NCBI GenBank assembly: GCA_016717115.1
Contig: JADKGE010000003.1
Span: 85,037 to 149,036 of the forward strand
Length of the DNA stretch: 64,000 nt
Origin: Actinomycetota bacterium
Lineage (GTDB): Bacteria > Actinomycetota > Actinomycetes > S36-B12
Direction of reading: 5' to 3'
The notes under the pieces are model-generated. The model saw only the letters and a program-made list of their open reading frames with translations. It ran no database searches and was not told where the DNA came from. Shown in pieces: positions 44,712-54,459 of this stretch (its first letter is position 1; every line of letters begins with the position of its first letter). The position numbers and the translations under genes are program-made.

Positions 44712-46781
44712 ATGGTTGCGTCCGTCTGGCTCGCTGTCTGCCTGGCCGCATCAACGGTTTCCGCCGGTTCCGCGCTAGCCGACACCGGTCCGAGGACCGC
44801 GTTTCCGGACACGCTCGCCGTGGCCCGCGCTGCCGCGGTAGACGTGATGCGGGAGACCGGGGCGACATCGATCTCTCTGGCCCTGGTCGAAGGGAAGCGG
44901 ACGGTGTGGTCGACGACGGTGGGGGCCATCGACGAGAACGGCACCACGCCGACCGCATCGACGCTGTACGGCATCGGCTCGGTGAGCAAGATGTTCGCGA
45001 CCGTCTCCGTGATGCAGCTGGTGGATGCGGGCAAGGTGTCGCTCGATGCGCCGGTGACCGACTACGTCACGGACTTCACGATGGCCTCACCGGAGTACCG
45101 ACAGGTCACGGTCAGGATGCTTCTGAACCACAGTGCCGGCTTCCCGGGCACGGACTACCCGAACGGATTCACCAGCACGCCCTTCCCCGGGTACGCGCAG
45201 CAGGTGCTCGACACCCTGGCGACCTCGAGGCTGAAGACGACGCCCGGCGCGATGAGCGTGTACTGCAACGACTGCTTCACCCTCGCCGGCATCCTCGTCG
45301 AGCGGATGAGCGGGCTGCCTTTCACCGACTACGTGCAGCAGCGCATCCTCACGCCACTGGGCATGGACCTGTCGCGCTACCCGTTGACCCCGCTGACGCC
45401 GGGCTCGTACGCACCGGTCCTGACCGACACCGGCGCTCTGCCGGCGGAGATCACCAACATCCACGCCTCCGGCGGACTGCTGTCCACCCCGGACGACCTC
45501 GGGCGCCTGGCCGCGGTGCTCCTGAACGGCGGCGCCCTTAACGGAGTGCGGATCCTTTCCGCCGGCGCCGTGAAGGAGATGGGCCGCAGTCAACTGCCGA
45601 CCACGCTGACTGCCGGTCCCCCGTTCCTGGACTACGGCCTCGGCTGGGACTCGGCCAGAGAGCCCGGACTCGCCGCCGCGGGTGTGGACGGCTGGATGAA
45701 GGGCGGTGACACCGTCCAGTACCACGCGTCGTTCACCCTCGCCCCCACGGAGAAGGTGGCCGCGGTCGTCCTGGGGGCAGGAACGACACTCTCCTCGACC
45801 GCCCTAGAAGCCCTGGCACAGCGCATGGTTCTGTCCGCGCTGGCCGAGAAGGGTGCCATCGCGGGTCTCCCGAAGCCGTTGACGGGCCCAGCCCCGCGTC
45901 ATGTCGCCCCGACCGGTGCGGAGACGGCGAACATCGCCGGGACCTACCTCGCCCAGGGTGCGGTCCTGCGCGTGACGGCTCGCAAGGACGGCGCTCTGAG
46001 GGTCTCCGTGTACCGAGGTGAGGAGTGGGTCACGCTTCCGAGCACCTTCACCCTGCGCAGCGACGGGCAGTACTGGCCCAACGGGACGGCTGCGTCCGCG
46101 GCGTCCACTCTCAGCCTCGCTCGCGGCTGGGGCCGCACCTTCCTCGTCCAGAACCAAGTGGGCGGAATCGGCCACTATCGCGAGCATGTGCTGCTGGGGC
46201 AGAAGGCCACTTCCGTCGATCCTCTGCCGCCGGCGTGGCAGCAGCGGGTCGGCCAGATCTGGCTGAACGTCAACGAGACGCCCGACTCGATCTACTGGGA
46301 GGCGCTGCCAACGCTCGCCCTCTCAGCGGTCCCGGGGCTGCCCGGCTTCCTCTGGGTCGCTGATCCCATAGCCCCGTCGCCCGTCGACCCGCAGACGAGC
46401 GATGACGTCGCCACCATGTTCCTGACGGTCCCCATCGCGCAGGGGCGTGACTTGAACGACCTCCAGGTCGAGCATCGGACGAATGGAGAGTGGCTGCGCT
46501 TCGGCAGTTCGCTGTACCGGCCGCTGTCGAGTGTTCCGGCCATCACCGCCGGCTCCAACGAGGTCATGATCGGATCCGACGGCTACGCCGAGTGGCGGAC
46601 GGCCCCCCTAGGCGGCCCGGTGACGATCGCGGGGAACGGGTCCTGGAAGGTGTTCGCGGGCGATGGAGAGCTCGTAGGTCAGGGCGTCGCGGACGGAGCC
46701 GCGGTGTCGCTGCCTGCGGGGGCGCGGATCGCGGTGTTCGGTCCGGCAGGCGCGGTGCTCGAGGTACGCCACACGGCCTGA
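44712..46781 (+). CDS. Secreted serine hydrolase (beta-lactamase / PBP4*-like, class C fold) with a large C-terminal extension
   Basis: ATG at 44712 with a signal peptide. SxxK motif GIGSVSKMFATV and LLNHSAGFPG. The upstream 195 codons of the track ORF are probably untranslated. Confidence 0.7.
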   Translation: MVASVWLAVCLAASTVSAGSALADTGPRTAFPDTLAVARAAAVDVMRETGATSISLALVEGKRTVWSTTVGAIDENGTTPTASTLYGIGSVSKMFATVSVMQLVDAGKVSLDAPVTDYVTDFTMASPEYRQVTVRMLLNHSAGFPGTDYPNGFTSTPFPGYAQQVLDTLATSRLKTTPGAMSVYCNDCFTLAGILVERMSGLPFTDYVQQRILTPLGMDLSRYPLTPLTPGSYAPVLTDTGALPAEITNIHASGGLLSTPDDLGRLAAVLLNGGALNGVRILSAGAVKEMGRSQLPTTLTAGPPFLDYGLGWDSAREPGLAAAGVDGWMKGGDTVQYHASFTLAPTEKVAAVVLGAGTTLSSTALEALAQRMVLSALAEKGAIAGLPKPLTGPAPRHVAPTGAETANIAGTYLAQGAVLRVTARKDGALRVSVYRGEEWVTLPSTFTLRSDGQYWPNGTAASAASTLSLARGWGRTFLVQNQVGGIGHYREHVLLGQKATSVDPLPPAWQQRVGQIWLNVNETPDSIYWEALPTLALSAVPGLPGFLWVADPIAPSPVDPQTSDDVATMFLTVPIAQGRDLNDLQVEHRTNGEWLRFGSSLYRPLSSVPAITAGSNEVMIGSDGYAEWRTAPLGGPVTIAGNGSWKVFAGDGELVGQGVADGAAVSLPAGARIAVFGPAGAVLEVRHTA

Positions 46782-46925
46782 ACCAGTGGCCGTGCCCAGT
46801 GGCGGACCCACCGGCGACGTCGCTCGGCACTCTCGGGTCGCAGGCGTCGTCGGCGTAGCATCGAATCGAGACGACGCCGAACGTGCACTCGACCTCGCGG
46901 CCGCAGGACAGAGGAGGACCGGACC

Positions 46926-47918
46926 ATGACGCACACCGAGTCGGTGATGACGCACCGCCCATTGGGCAGGGCGACGGGCATCGAGGTGACGGATGTCGGG
47001 CTGGGGTTGTGGGCGGTGGCGGGCAGCGAGTGGGGGCCGGGTGAGGACCGCGCGTCGCTGGAGGCGATCGAGGTCGCCCTCGACGCGGGTGTCACGTTCT
47101 TCGACACGGCCGATGTGTACGGCGCGGGACACTCAGAGGAGTTGCTGGGCCAGGCGATGAGGGGGCGCCGGGAGCGGTTCGTCGTGGCGAGCAAGATCGG
47201 CTGGACTGGATTCGACCGCGAGGCGAATCACTCGGCCTACGACACCGTCGACGCGTTGATCGCCGGGGTTGAGGGGTCACTGCGCCGCCTGGAGACCGAT
47301 TTCCTCGACGTCATCCAGTGCCACATCAACTATCTCGAGCCCAACACCGACGTGTTCATCGAGGGCTTCCGGGCTCTTCGGGCGGCGGGCAAGGTACGTG
47401 CCTGGGGGGTCAGCACGAGCGACGTCGACCTGCTGCGGCACTTCAACGCCGATGGCGACTGCGACGTGCTGCAGATCGACTACTCGATCCTGAACCGCAC
47501 CCCCGAGGAGGAGATTCTCCCGTATTGCGAGCTGAACGGAATCGGCGTCATCGTCCGCGGTCCGCTGGCCATGGGGCTGCTCGCTGGGAAGTTCGGCGTC
47601 GGGGATACCTTCCCGGAGGGCGACTTCCGTGCCAACTGGATCAGCGATCCAGTACAGAACGCGCAGTACCGGCAGGACCTTGCGGTCGTTGAGGTCCTTC
47701 GTGCGACCGTTCCTGACGGGCAGTCGATGGCGGAGTTCGCACTGCGCTTCGTGCGGAGCAACCCGGCCGTCAGCACGGTGATCCCTGGTGCTCGCGATGG
47801 GCGGCAGTCAGTCGCCAACGCCGCTGCCGGACTCGCGCCGCTCCTCTCCTCCGACGAGCGCGCCGCCGTCGATCGACTCGTGCCTCCCGGTGGGGGTCGC
47901 AAGATCTGGCCAGCCTGA
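46926..47918 (+). CDS. Aldo/keto reductase
   Basis: GLGLWAV...FFDTADVYGAGHSEELLG...ASKIGW...IQCH...RAWGVST...VIPGAR. Confidence 0.85.
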   Translation: MTHTESVMTHRPLGRATGIEVTDVGLGLWAVAGSEWGPGEDRASLEAIEVALDAGVTFFDTADVYGAGHSEELLGQAMRGRRERFVVASKIGWTGFDREANHSAYDTVDALIAGVEGSLRRLETDFLDVIQCHINYLEPNTDVFIEGFRALRAAGKVRAWGVSTSDVDLLRHFNADGDCDVLQIDYSILNRTPEEEILPYCELNGIGVIVRGPLAMGLLAGKFGVGDTFPEGDFRANWISDPVQNAQYRQDLAVVEVLRATVPDGQSMAEFALRFVRSNPAVSTVIPGARDGRQSVANAAAGLAPLLSSDERAAVDRLVPPGGGRKIWPA

Positions 47919-48135
47919 GGGTGGCCCGGACCTGGTGGCCGTCGAACGCGCGAAACCAGGGATACCCGGTTGACTCCGCTGCCAGGGACGCGCCGACCCC
48001 CATCGGGCTGTCCACGAGCCCTGTCGGGAGTGACGTCCGGCTGGACCATCGTGGGTCGGTGCTGGCTATCGGCGCACGGAGGTGGTTCCGGGTCGCTAGT
48101 GTCGACGTCGGGGGACGCAATGACTGGGGGTCGCC

Positions 48136-49593
48136 ATGCGCCAGGCTCGTGGTCTGCATCGTTGTCTGGGGCTGGCCGTCTTCACGTCTGCCGTGACTCT
48201 CGCGCTGCTGTCAGCCGTCCCGGCTCTGGCGGCGAAGCCACCGGTTCCTGGTGCCGGTCCCGTCCTTTCTCCAGGCCAAGTACCGCACGAATGCACGGCG
48301 GCTGATGCCGGCGCTTCGGGCTACTCACCCCTGATGGGGTACTACTTCTCCCGGGCCGCCAACTCCTGGGTGACGGCTCCCTCCTGCTACCCGCGGTGGG
48401 GCAACCTGTCCGCCTCGCCACCGCAGGTCGTCCCGGCCGGTCAGCCGGTGACCGTCGCCGCGATCCCCGACACCAACGCCGCGCAGTACGCCCCCGAGAC
48501 CGCGTCCATCGCCTGGACATATGGCGGCAAGCGGGTGGCGGGCTGCGGGCCATCCGATCTGACGTGCACCGTCATCCCGGCAGCACGGGCCTCCACCGAG
48601 TGGCAGTGGGTGCAGTTCCAGGTGACGATGCCGCGGATCTTCTTCGTGGACAGCCCGGGAAGCCTGTGCGCGGGCCAGCACCTGTGCGCCGGGAACTCGA
48701 CGAATGCCTGGTCCTTCGCGGGAGTGCCGCCCGTTGACCGGATCTGCTTGGGTACCTGCAAGCAGTTGGCGGTGGAGCTCCCGCCGGAAGTCAGCGGCGA
48801 AGGATCGCTGACGCCCGTCGATCTCACCTGCGGAGCCGGGGCGACCTGCGACGTGAAGACACAGACCCTGTTGGATCCGAAGACGATCACCGTGCAGCAG
48901 CAGATCATCGACGACTCGCTGAAGAAGCAGGCCGAAAGGTGGCAGATCCTGAAGGACACGCAGACGAAGATCTTCGACATCACGAAGGACGCCACGCTGA
49001 ACAAGAAGAACTCCGCCGATGCCCTGAAGGGCCAGACCCGCTTCAACGGCTACATCTACGGCTCGACGGACAGCACCGACACGGTCGCACTCCAGGCCAC
49101 CGACGCTGAACTGACCTCGGTGTTCCCCGGAAGCGGGCCGTCGCTGAACAGCGTGAGCACCAAGCGGGCCACCGCTGCCGCCATGCCGCCGGCCGACCTG
49201 GTGCTGCGCGCCCTGTCCGAGCCGGCTCCGTCGCGAACTCAGCTTCGAGCGCTGGAGCAGGCGCTTGCCCTGGCGAACGGTCCCGAATACTCGACCGACC
49301 GCGCTGTCGCTCGCATCACTCTGACGAACGGCCTGGTGCTTGGCCAACGCCTGCTGGCGGCGCAAGGCGCCTCGTTCGCGCGAGGAGGGCCCATCGTGAT
49401 CGGCACGTCGACCGCAACGGTCCCGGGCGGGCGCAGCAAGCGCGTCGCTGTTGACGCGTCGGCCCTCGGCGAGCGAGCCCTGCGCTTGGTGGACGTTGCG
49501 CGCGGCGGTGCGCCCGTCACCATGACCGTGACGATCGACCTCAGCCGATCGGGATCACGCAAGCACGCCTCGCGCACGATTCCGCTGGGCTAG
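48136..49593 (+). CDS. Secreted Cys-rich hypothetical protein with a central Lys/Gln/Thr-rich segment
   Basis: Signal peptide ...AVPALAAKPP. About 12 Cys in the N-terminal half. No family recognised. Confidence 0.55.
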   Translation: MRQARGLHRCLGLAVFTSAVTLALLSAVPALAAKPPVPGAGPVLSPGQVPHECTAADAGASGYSPLMGYYFSRAANSWVTAPSCYPRWGNLSASPPQVVPAGQPVTVAAIPDTNAAQYAPETASIAWTYGGKRVAGCGPSDLTCTVIPAARASTEWQWVQFQVTMPRIFFVDSPGSLCAGQHLCAGNSTNAWSFAGVPPVDRICLGTCKQLAVELPPEVSGEGSLTPVDLTCGAGATCDVKTQTLLDPKTITVQQQIIDDSLKKQAERWQILKDTQTKIFDITKDATLNKKNSADALKGQTRFNGYIYGSTDSTDTVALQATDAELTSVFPGSGPSLNSVSTKRATAAAMPPADLVLRALSEPAPSRTQLRALEQALALANGPEYSTDRAVARITLTNGLVLGQRLLAAQGASFARGGPIVIGTSTATVPGGRSKRVAVDASALGERALRLVDVARGGAPVTMTVTIDLSRSGSRKHASRTIPLG

Positions 49594-49647
49594 CGATCGC
49601 GATCGGGTGCTGGCGGGTCTTGACGCGCCGCCCACGTGCGGGCATCA

Positions 49648-49682
49648 TCTAGACCACTCGGTCTAGACCAAATGGTCTAGAC
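49648..49682. promoter_or_regulatory. Three closely spaced copies of the palindrome (GG)TCTAGAC(C), candidate TetR operator array
   Basis: TCTAGACC at 49648-49655, GGTCTAGACC at 49660-49669 and GGTCTAGAC at 49674-49682, directly upstream of the cupin-TetR pair. Confidence 0.6.
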
Positions 49683-49703
49683 GCCTCGACCCTAGGAGTG
49701 GCG

Positions 49704-50090
49704 ATGCGCATCAACAGGCAGGACGTGGACGTTCGGATGGCCATCCCCGGCGCCACCGTGCGTCAACATCGTGACTTCGGTTCGGCAGGGGACCTGGGCG
49801 GCATCAGCTGCGAGTACTTCACCCTGGCGACGGGCGTGGACACGACGCCGCTCTTCCTCGGCCTGGACGGTGACGCATGCCAGTGCCCGCACTGGGGTTA
49901 CGTCCTCGTCGGTGCGCTGACGACCACGGACGCGCTCGGGGCCGAGGAGACGGTTCGCGAGGGCGACCTGTTCTACTGGCCGGCAGGGCACAACGTACGC
50001 GTCGACCAGGACGCGGAGATCGTCATGTTCTCCCCGCAGGACGAGCACAGCGCGGTGATCCAGCACATGCTAGACAAGGTGAGTGGATAA
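49704..50090 (+). CDS. Cupin-domain protein
   Basis: ATG at 49704 lies 5 nt after AGGAG. ...CQCPHWGYVLVGALT...GDLFYWPAGHNVRVDQDAEIVMFSP is a cupin beta-barrel pattern. Confidence 0.65.
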   Translation: MRINRQDVDVRMAIPGATVRQHRDFGSAGDLGGISCEYFTLATGVDTTPLFLGLDGDACQCPHWGYVLVGALTTTDALGAEETVREGDLFYWPAGHNVRVDQDAEIVMFSPQDEHSAVIQHMLDKVSG

Positions 50091-50673
50091 CCAACCCCTG
50101 CCGGCCGCCCGCCAGCGACTGCTCGACGCCGGACTGGAGCTGCTGCTGGAGCGGGGGTACCACGGGGTCGGCATTCAGGCTGTGCTTGACGCGAGCCTGA
50201 CCCCGAAAGGCTCGTTCTATCACCACTTCCGGGACAAGGAAGACTTCGCTCTCCAGGTCATCGACGCCTACATGGCTGGTGTCCATGGCGCTCTGGACGT
50301 GAGCCTGGCCGACGTCTCGGTGCCTCCGCTGGAGCGGGTGCGCGGGTTCTTCGGACTGGTGGCCGGCGGGTATGCGAAGGACGGATACCTGGGCTGTCTG
50401 CTCGGCGGGCTGGGACAGGAGCTGTCAGGAGTGAGCCCCGTGTTCGCGCAACGGATCGACGGGTGCCTGTCCTACATCGCCGATCGGCTCGCGGAACCGC
50501 TTGACGAGGCTCGGTCGGTGGGGGACCTGCCGCCCAGCACTGACCCGAAGGCACTGGCCACTCGCCTGGTCGACTGCTGGGAGGGTGCCGCGCTGCGCAG
50601 CCGGCTGTCACGTGATCCGGCGCCGCTGCGCGAGATGCTCGACTTCTTCTTCCATGCGGCCACCCGAGAGTGA
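50083..50673 (+). CDS. TetR/AcrR family transcriptional regulator
   Basis: The GTG start overlaps the cupin stop. ARQRLLDAGLELLLERGYHGVGIQAVLDASLTPKGSFYHHFRDKEDF. Confidence 0.85.
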   Translation: MDNQPLPAARQRLLDAGLELLLERGYHGVGIQAVLDASLTPKGSFYHHFRDKEDFALQVIDAYMAGVHGALDVSLADVSVPPLERVRGFFGLVAGGYAKDGYLGCLLGGLGQELSGVSPVFAQRIDGCLSYIADRLAEPLDEARSVGDLPPSTDPKALATRLVDCWEGAALRSRLSRDPAPLREMLDFFFHAATRE

Positions 50674-50686
50674 CGTCGCATCGGTC

Positions 50687-51835
50687 CTAAGCGGCCGGCC
50701 GGGCGCAGGGCGGACGGGACGCGTACATGTCGGCATCGGCGCCGTCGATGACAGACAGCACGTCCGCGTCCTCGCACGACGCGGTGCCGACCGACACGCA
50801 ACCAGACCAGCGATCCTCCAGGCCCCGGATGTCCATGACGGCGGTGATACGGCGCGCGTACTCGACTCGTTCGGGCTCGGGTCCCATGCCGATGACGACG
50901 AACTCGTCCCCGCCCCAGCGAGCGACGAGGTCGCAGTCGCGGCTGACGCTGCGAACGGCGAGGGCGCAACGGGATATCACGAGGTCGCCCGCACCATGAC
51001 CGTGCTGGTCGTTGACGGCCTTCAGCCCGACGACGTCGACGAACACCGCAAAGATCGGCTGCCCGTTGCGCAGGGCCGTGCTGACCAGGTGGCCGGTTGC
51101 CGTCAACAGGCCGTGCCGGTTCAACAGAGCGGTCGCCTGGTCGTGGGTGGCCATTCCCTCGATGGCCCGCTGCGCGATGACGAGCTCTGTCGCCGAACGC
51201 CGGCGTGCGACGAGCAATGCAGCACTGGCGCCGATGCCGGCGAGAACGGCGATCATCCAGGGCATCGCGCCATTGGGGTCTCGACTGAACAACGCCATCG
51301 AGACCAGGACGATGATGACGGCTGAGGCGAGGAAAGGTCGCCACATAGCGAGGAGGCCGCCGAACAGGACTGTCGTCATGAGGAGCACGCCTATGGAGTT
51401 ACCCACCGGGTCGACGGCGTGCTGGTAGCTCAGAGCGGCGACGTTCACCACGAGCGCGAGGGCGAAGAGCCACGGTGTCCAGGCGACGGGGACGATCCGA
51501 CCTCGGCATAGGACCACAACCACCAGGAAGAACACCCCCTGGATCATGTCGGAGACGTAGGAGCCGAGCGGCGCGATCAGCCCTCCGGCCGCGGATGCCG
51601 CGTCGAACGAGACCATGAGAAGTGCAAGTGCCAGCATCACCCACGGGGCCTCGCGAGTCACTTGCTCGGTCACGATCGCATCGCGCCGAGACAGTGTGGC
51701 CGCGTCCAGGGTCCGACCGCACTCCGCTCCGCTGCCCGTGGACCTCGACGTGTCACGTGCTGGGAGCGAGATCGCATGCTTGGTCCCGAGCGCAGACCCA
51801 ACCGCCCAGGAGGTGGCCGCATCGGTCATGGTCAT
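50687..51835 (-). CDS. Membrane-anchored diguanylate cyclase (GGDEF)
   Basis: About 6 TM helices, then ALLNRHGL...VDVVGLKAVNDQHGHGAGD...ARWGGDEFVVIG. Confidence 0.8.
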   Translation of the reverse strand: MTMTDAATSWAVGSALGTKHAISLPARDTSRSTGSGAECGRTLDAATLSRRDAIVTEQVTREAPWVMLALALLMVSFDAASAAGGLIAPLGSYVSDMIQGVFFLVVVVLCRGRIVPVAWTPWLFALALVVNVAALSYQHAVDPVGNSIGVLLMTTVLFGGLLAMWRPFLASAVIIVLVSMALFSRDPNGAMPWMIAVLAGIGASAALLVARRRSATELVIAQRAIEGMATHDQATALLNRHGLLTATGHLVSTALRNGQPIFAVFVDVVGLKAVNDQHGHGAGDLVISRCALAVRSVSRDCDLVARWGGDEFVVIGMGPEPERVEYARRITAVMDIRGLEDRWSGCVSVGTASCEDADVLSVIDGADADMYASRPPCARPAA

Positions 51836-51958
51836 GGCTTCACGGTAGGACCCCGATTCGGCCCCACGGACGGGACCTTCGGCTATCCGAAGACCGTCGA
51901 CGTGGGAAGGATTGAGCAGGCGTCGCCGCTGCGCGGAGGAGCGTGCGGAACGACGGTG

Positions 51959-53740
51959 TCAGGCGTCGTCGGGCTCGCGATCGATCCCACGAGTCGGGCC
52001 GACTGCCGTCGGCAGGATGGCGGACATGCGGGTGATTCCGGACGTGGTCTCGAGGTGCCATTCGAGTGCGACGTCGTTGATCAGGGACATGCCGAGTCCG
52101 GTGTGCGAGGCGGGATCCAACGGCGTTCCGTCGTTGTCGATCACCAGCGTGACGAGTCGCTGACTCTCCGGCTGGGTGATCGACACCGCGATGCGAGTGG
52201 CGTGCCCGTGCCGAATGGCGTTCGCGCACGATTCCGTGACGATGTCGGTGACGGCACTCGAGCAGGCGGGGTCGGCCGCGATATTGGCCAGGACCGCGTC
52301 CGGCATCGTGATGCTGATGTCGCACAGGCCGTCCCACGTCCCTTGAATGCGGCGGAAGTCGAGTTCGAGATCGGGGATGCGATCTGTGGCAGCGGTAGGC
52401 AGGTAACCGAGCGCGTCGATGATGCTCGCGCGCTCAGAATCGACCAGTTCAGTCGTCACGCTGCCCGTGCGCACAGCGGCATCAATGCGCAGGGCGGCAG
52501 CGTTGACGGCACTCTGCAGGGGGCCGTGCAAGGCGCGGGCAAGAGCGCGCTGCTGCTGCCATTGCGTCTGGTTGGCCCGGGCGATCGCCCAGTCCAGCTC
52601 ACGTCGAAGCTTCCGCAGCTCCACCTCCGTGACGTCGAGCTGGTACTGGGTCGCCCGCAGGAGTGCGAGGGCCCAGCCGATGAAGATCGTGATCACGACG
52701 TTCAGGAGGAGAGTTCCCACGGTGCCCTGCACCAGTCCCAGCATCCGCTGCGTGAGGACGCCGATGACGCCGATGACGCCGAGCGCCAGGGTGAGGGCAA
52801 CGGCTCGGGCAAGTGGCGACAGCCGGGCGTCAACGGCCGAGAGGATCCGATTCGCCACGACGGCCCCCAGCCAGATCGCCACGGCATCCGCCGCACTGGC
52901 GAGCAGTCCCACCGTCACGTCGTACTTCACGATGCGGTAGACGACGGTGAGCGCGGCCGAGATGAGCGGCAGGGCTATGACGGGGATGGGTCGACCTGTG
53001 GTTGCATCCCTCAGCACGCTGGGCCAGTTGAGGCCGGTCGGTGTGGTGGACGGGAAGGTGGGGCTGAACGGCACGCTGTTGGTGGCCAGGTCGTGGCTCA
53101 GCGGGCGCACGAGGTCCTGGGCGGCCCAGCGGAGTGTCTCGACGGCTTCGTGCGGGCTGTCCACCGTGAGTTCGCTGACGGCCTCGGTCAACTGCCCACT
53201 GATCCGCGTGACAGTGACCTGCTGGCGTTCGGCGATCGCCTGGCTCACGGTTGCGCTCACATGCTCTAGGCGCATGCGGTCTTCGCTGAGCACCTCCTGC
53301 TGATGCCGATGCTGAGCGAACGCATCCGCGGCGACCGCGGCGATGACGAGCACGACGAAGGTCGCGGCGGTGTTGCTCGCGTACCCGAACGAGTCCGCGG
53401 CGGGGGGTTCGACCACTCGGCCCTTGATCAGGTATCCCAATACCGCCGTTATGACGGTGGACGCCAGCGCGAATACCGCCATCGTCAGCCAGGGGCGCGA
53501 TTTCGCGGCCGTGTTCCGCAGAACGGTTGCACGGGCTCCGCGCAGCACGCCGATCATCACGACCTGGGCGATCGTCAGATAGACGACGCGGATCGCCTGC
53601 TCGGGCATCCCCGGGGAGGGCAGATCGAGAATGAACGCCAACCAGGTGAAGACGTAGGCCGTGATGACCACCGGCCAGCTCAGCGACCTTGGTCCGCCGA
53701 TGCGGTCGAGGAGGGTGCGCGGGCGAACGGGGGCGGTCAT
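51959..53740 (-). CDS. Sensor histidine kinase (HisKA_3 / NarL-partner type) with polytopic N-terminus
   Basis: Candidate H-box ALARALHGPLQSAV. ATPase region ESCANAIRHGHATRIAVSI...LVIDNDGTPLD...GLGMSLI. Confidence 0.7.
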   Translation of the reverse strand: MTAPVRPRTLLDRIGGPRSLSWPVVITAYVFTWLAFILDLPSPGMPEQAIRVVYLTIAQVVMIGVLRGARATVLRNTAAKSRPWLTMAVFALASTVITAVLGYLIKGRVVEPPAADSFGYASNTAATFVVLVIAAVAADAFAQHRHQQEVLSEDRMRLEHVSATVSQAIAERQQVTVTRISGQLTEAVSELTVDSPHEAVETLRWAAQDLVRPLSHDLATNSVPFSPTFPSTTPTGLNWPSVLRDATTGRPIPVIALPLISAALTVVYRIVKYDVTVGLLASAADAVAIWLGAVVANRILSAVDARLSPLARAVALTLALGVIGVIGVLTQRMLGLVQGTVGTLLLNVVITIFIGWALALLRATQYQLDVTEVELRKLRRELDWAIARANQTQWQQQRALARALHGPLQSAVNAAALRIDAAVRTGSVTTELVDSERASIIDALGYLPTAATDRIPDLELDFRRIQGTWDGLCDISITMPDAVLANIAADPACSSAVTDIVTESCANAIRHGHATRIAVSITQPESQRLVTLVIDNDGTPLDPASHTGLGMSLINDVALEWHLETTSGITRMSAILPTAVGPTRGIDREPDDA

Positions 53741-54387
53741 GGTCTCGCAGGCATCCCGGCGGCGTTGATGTAGTGGCGGATCGCCTCGACGCGAGGATTG
53801 ACATCGCCATGGGTGGGGACGCCGAGAGCCTGGAACACCGAGTGGAGGATCATCTCGACGGATCGCTCGCTGACGTGACGCTCGCGAGCGATCGCGGCGT
53901 TCGTCAGGCCCTGGGCGGCCATGTGGAGGACGTCGACCTGCGTTGCGGTCAGTCTCGCGAGCGGCCGATCAGGGGCCAGGTCGTGGCGAACCCTGTCCGA
54001 TCGTTCGGCCAGGACGCTCTCGATCGCCTCGAACAGGTACGCGGTGTCGGTGACCATGTCCTTGCGCAGGAAGCCGGCGCCTGGGGGAACGTCGGCCCCG
54101 TCGAGACCGGCGGTCCGCCGATCGGGGTGCTTGGTCAGGAAGATGAGCGCGATGTCCGGGCGCGATGCATGCAGGACCATCGCGAGATCCAGGCCCGATG
54201 GCCCTCCGCCCAGCGAGATGTCGAGGAGCGCGACGTCCGGGTCGAAGGCGCGTACCGCCTCGCGGGCATCCAAGACGTTGTTGGCAACCTCGACCTCGAA
54301 GCCGGAAGCCGTCAGGACATCCGAAAGGAGGGACGACATCAGGGACTCGTCCTCCACCACGAGTACGCGACGCCCCATTCCCGGCAT
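53737..54387 (-). CDS. NarL/LuxR-family response regulator
   Basis: RVLVVEDESLM...DVALLDISL is the receiver. LTATQVDVLHMAAQGLTNAAIARERHVSERSVEMIL is the LuxR HTH. 4-nt overlap with the kinase gene. Confidence 0.85.
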   Translation of the reverse strand: MPGMGRRVLVVEDESLMSSLLSDVLTASGFEVEVANNVLDAREAVRAFDPDVALLDISLGGGPSGLDLAMVLHASRPDIALIFLTKHPDRRTAGLDGADVPPGAGFLRKDMVTDTAYLFEAIESVLAERSDRVRHDLAPDRPLARLTATQVDVLHMAAQGLTNAAIARERHVSERSVEMILHSVFQALGVPTHGDVNPRVEAIRHYINAAGMPARP

Positions 54388-54459
54388 GCATACAACCTAC
54401 GACGGTTGACGCGATCGTGGCGGATCAGACCTTCGGGTTTCCGAAGGTCGCGTGAGCAC

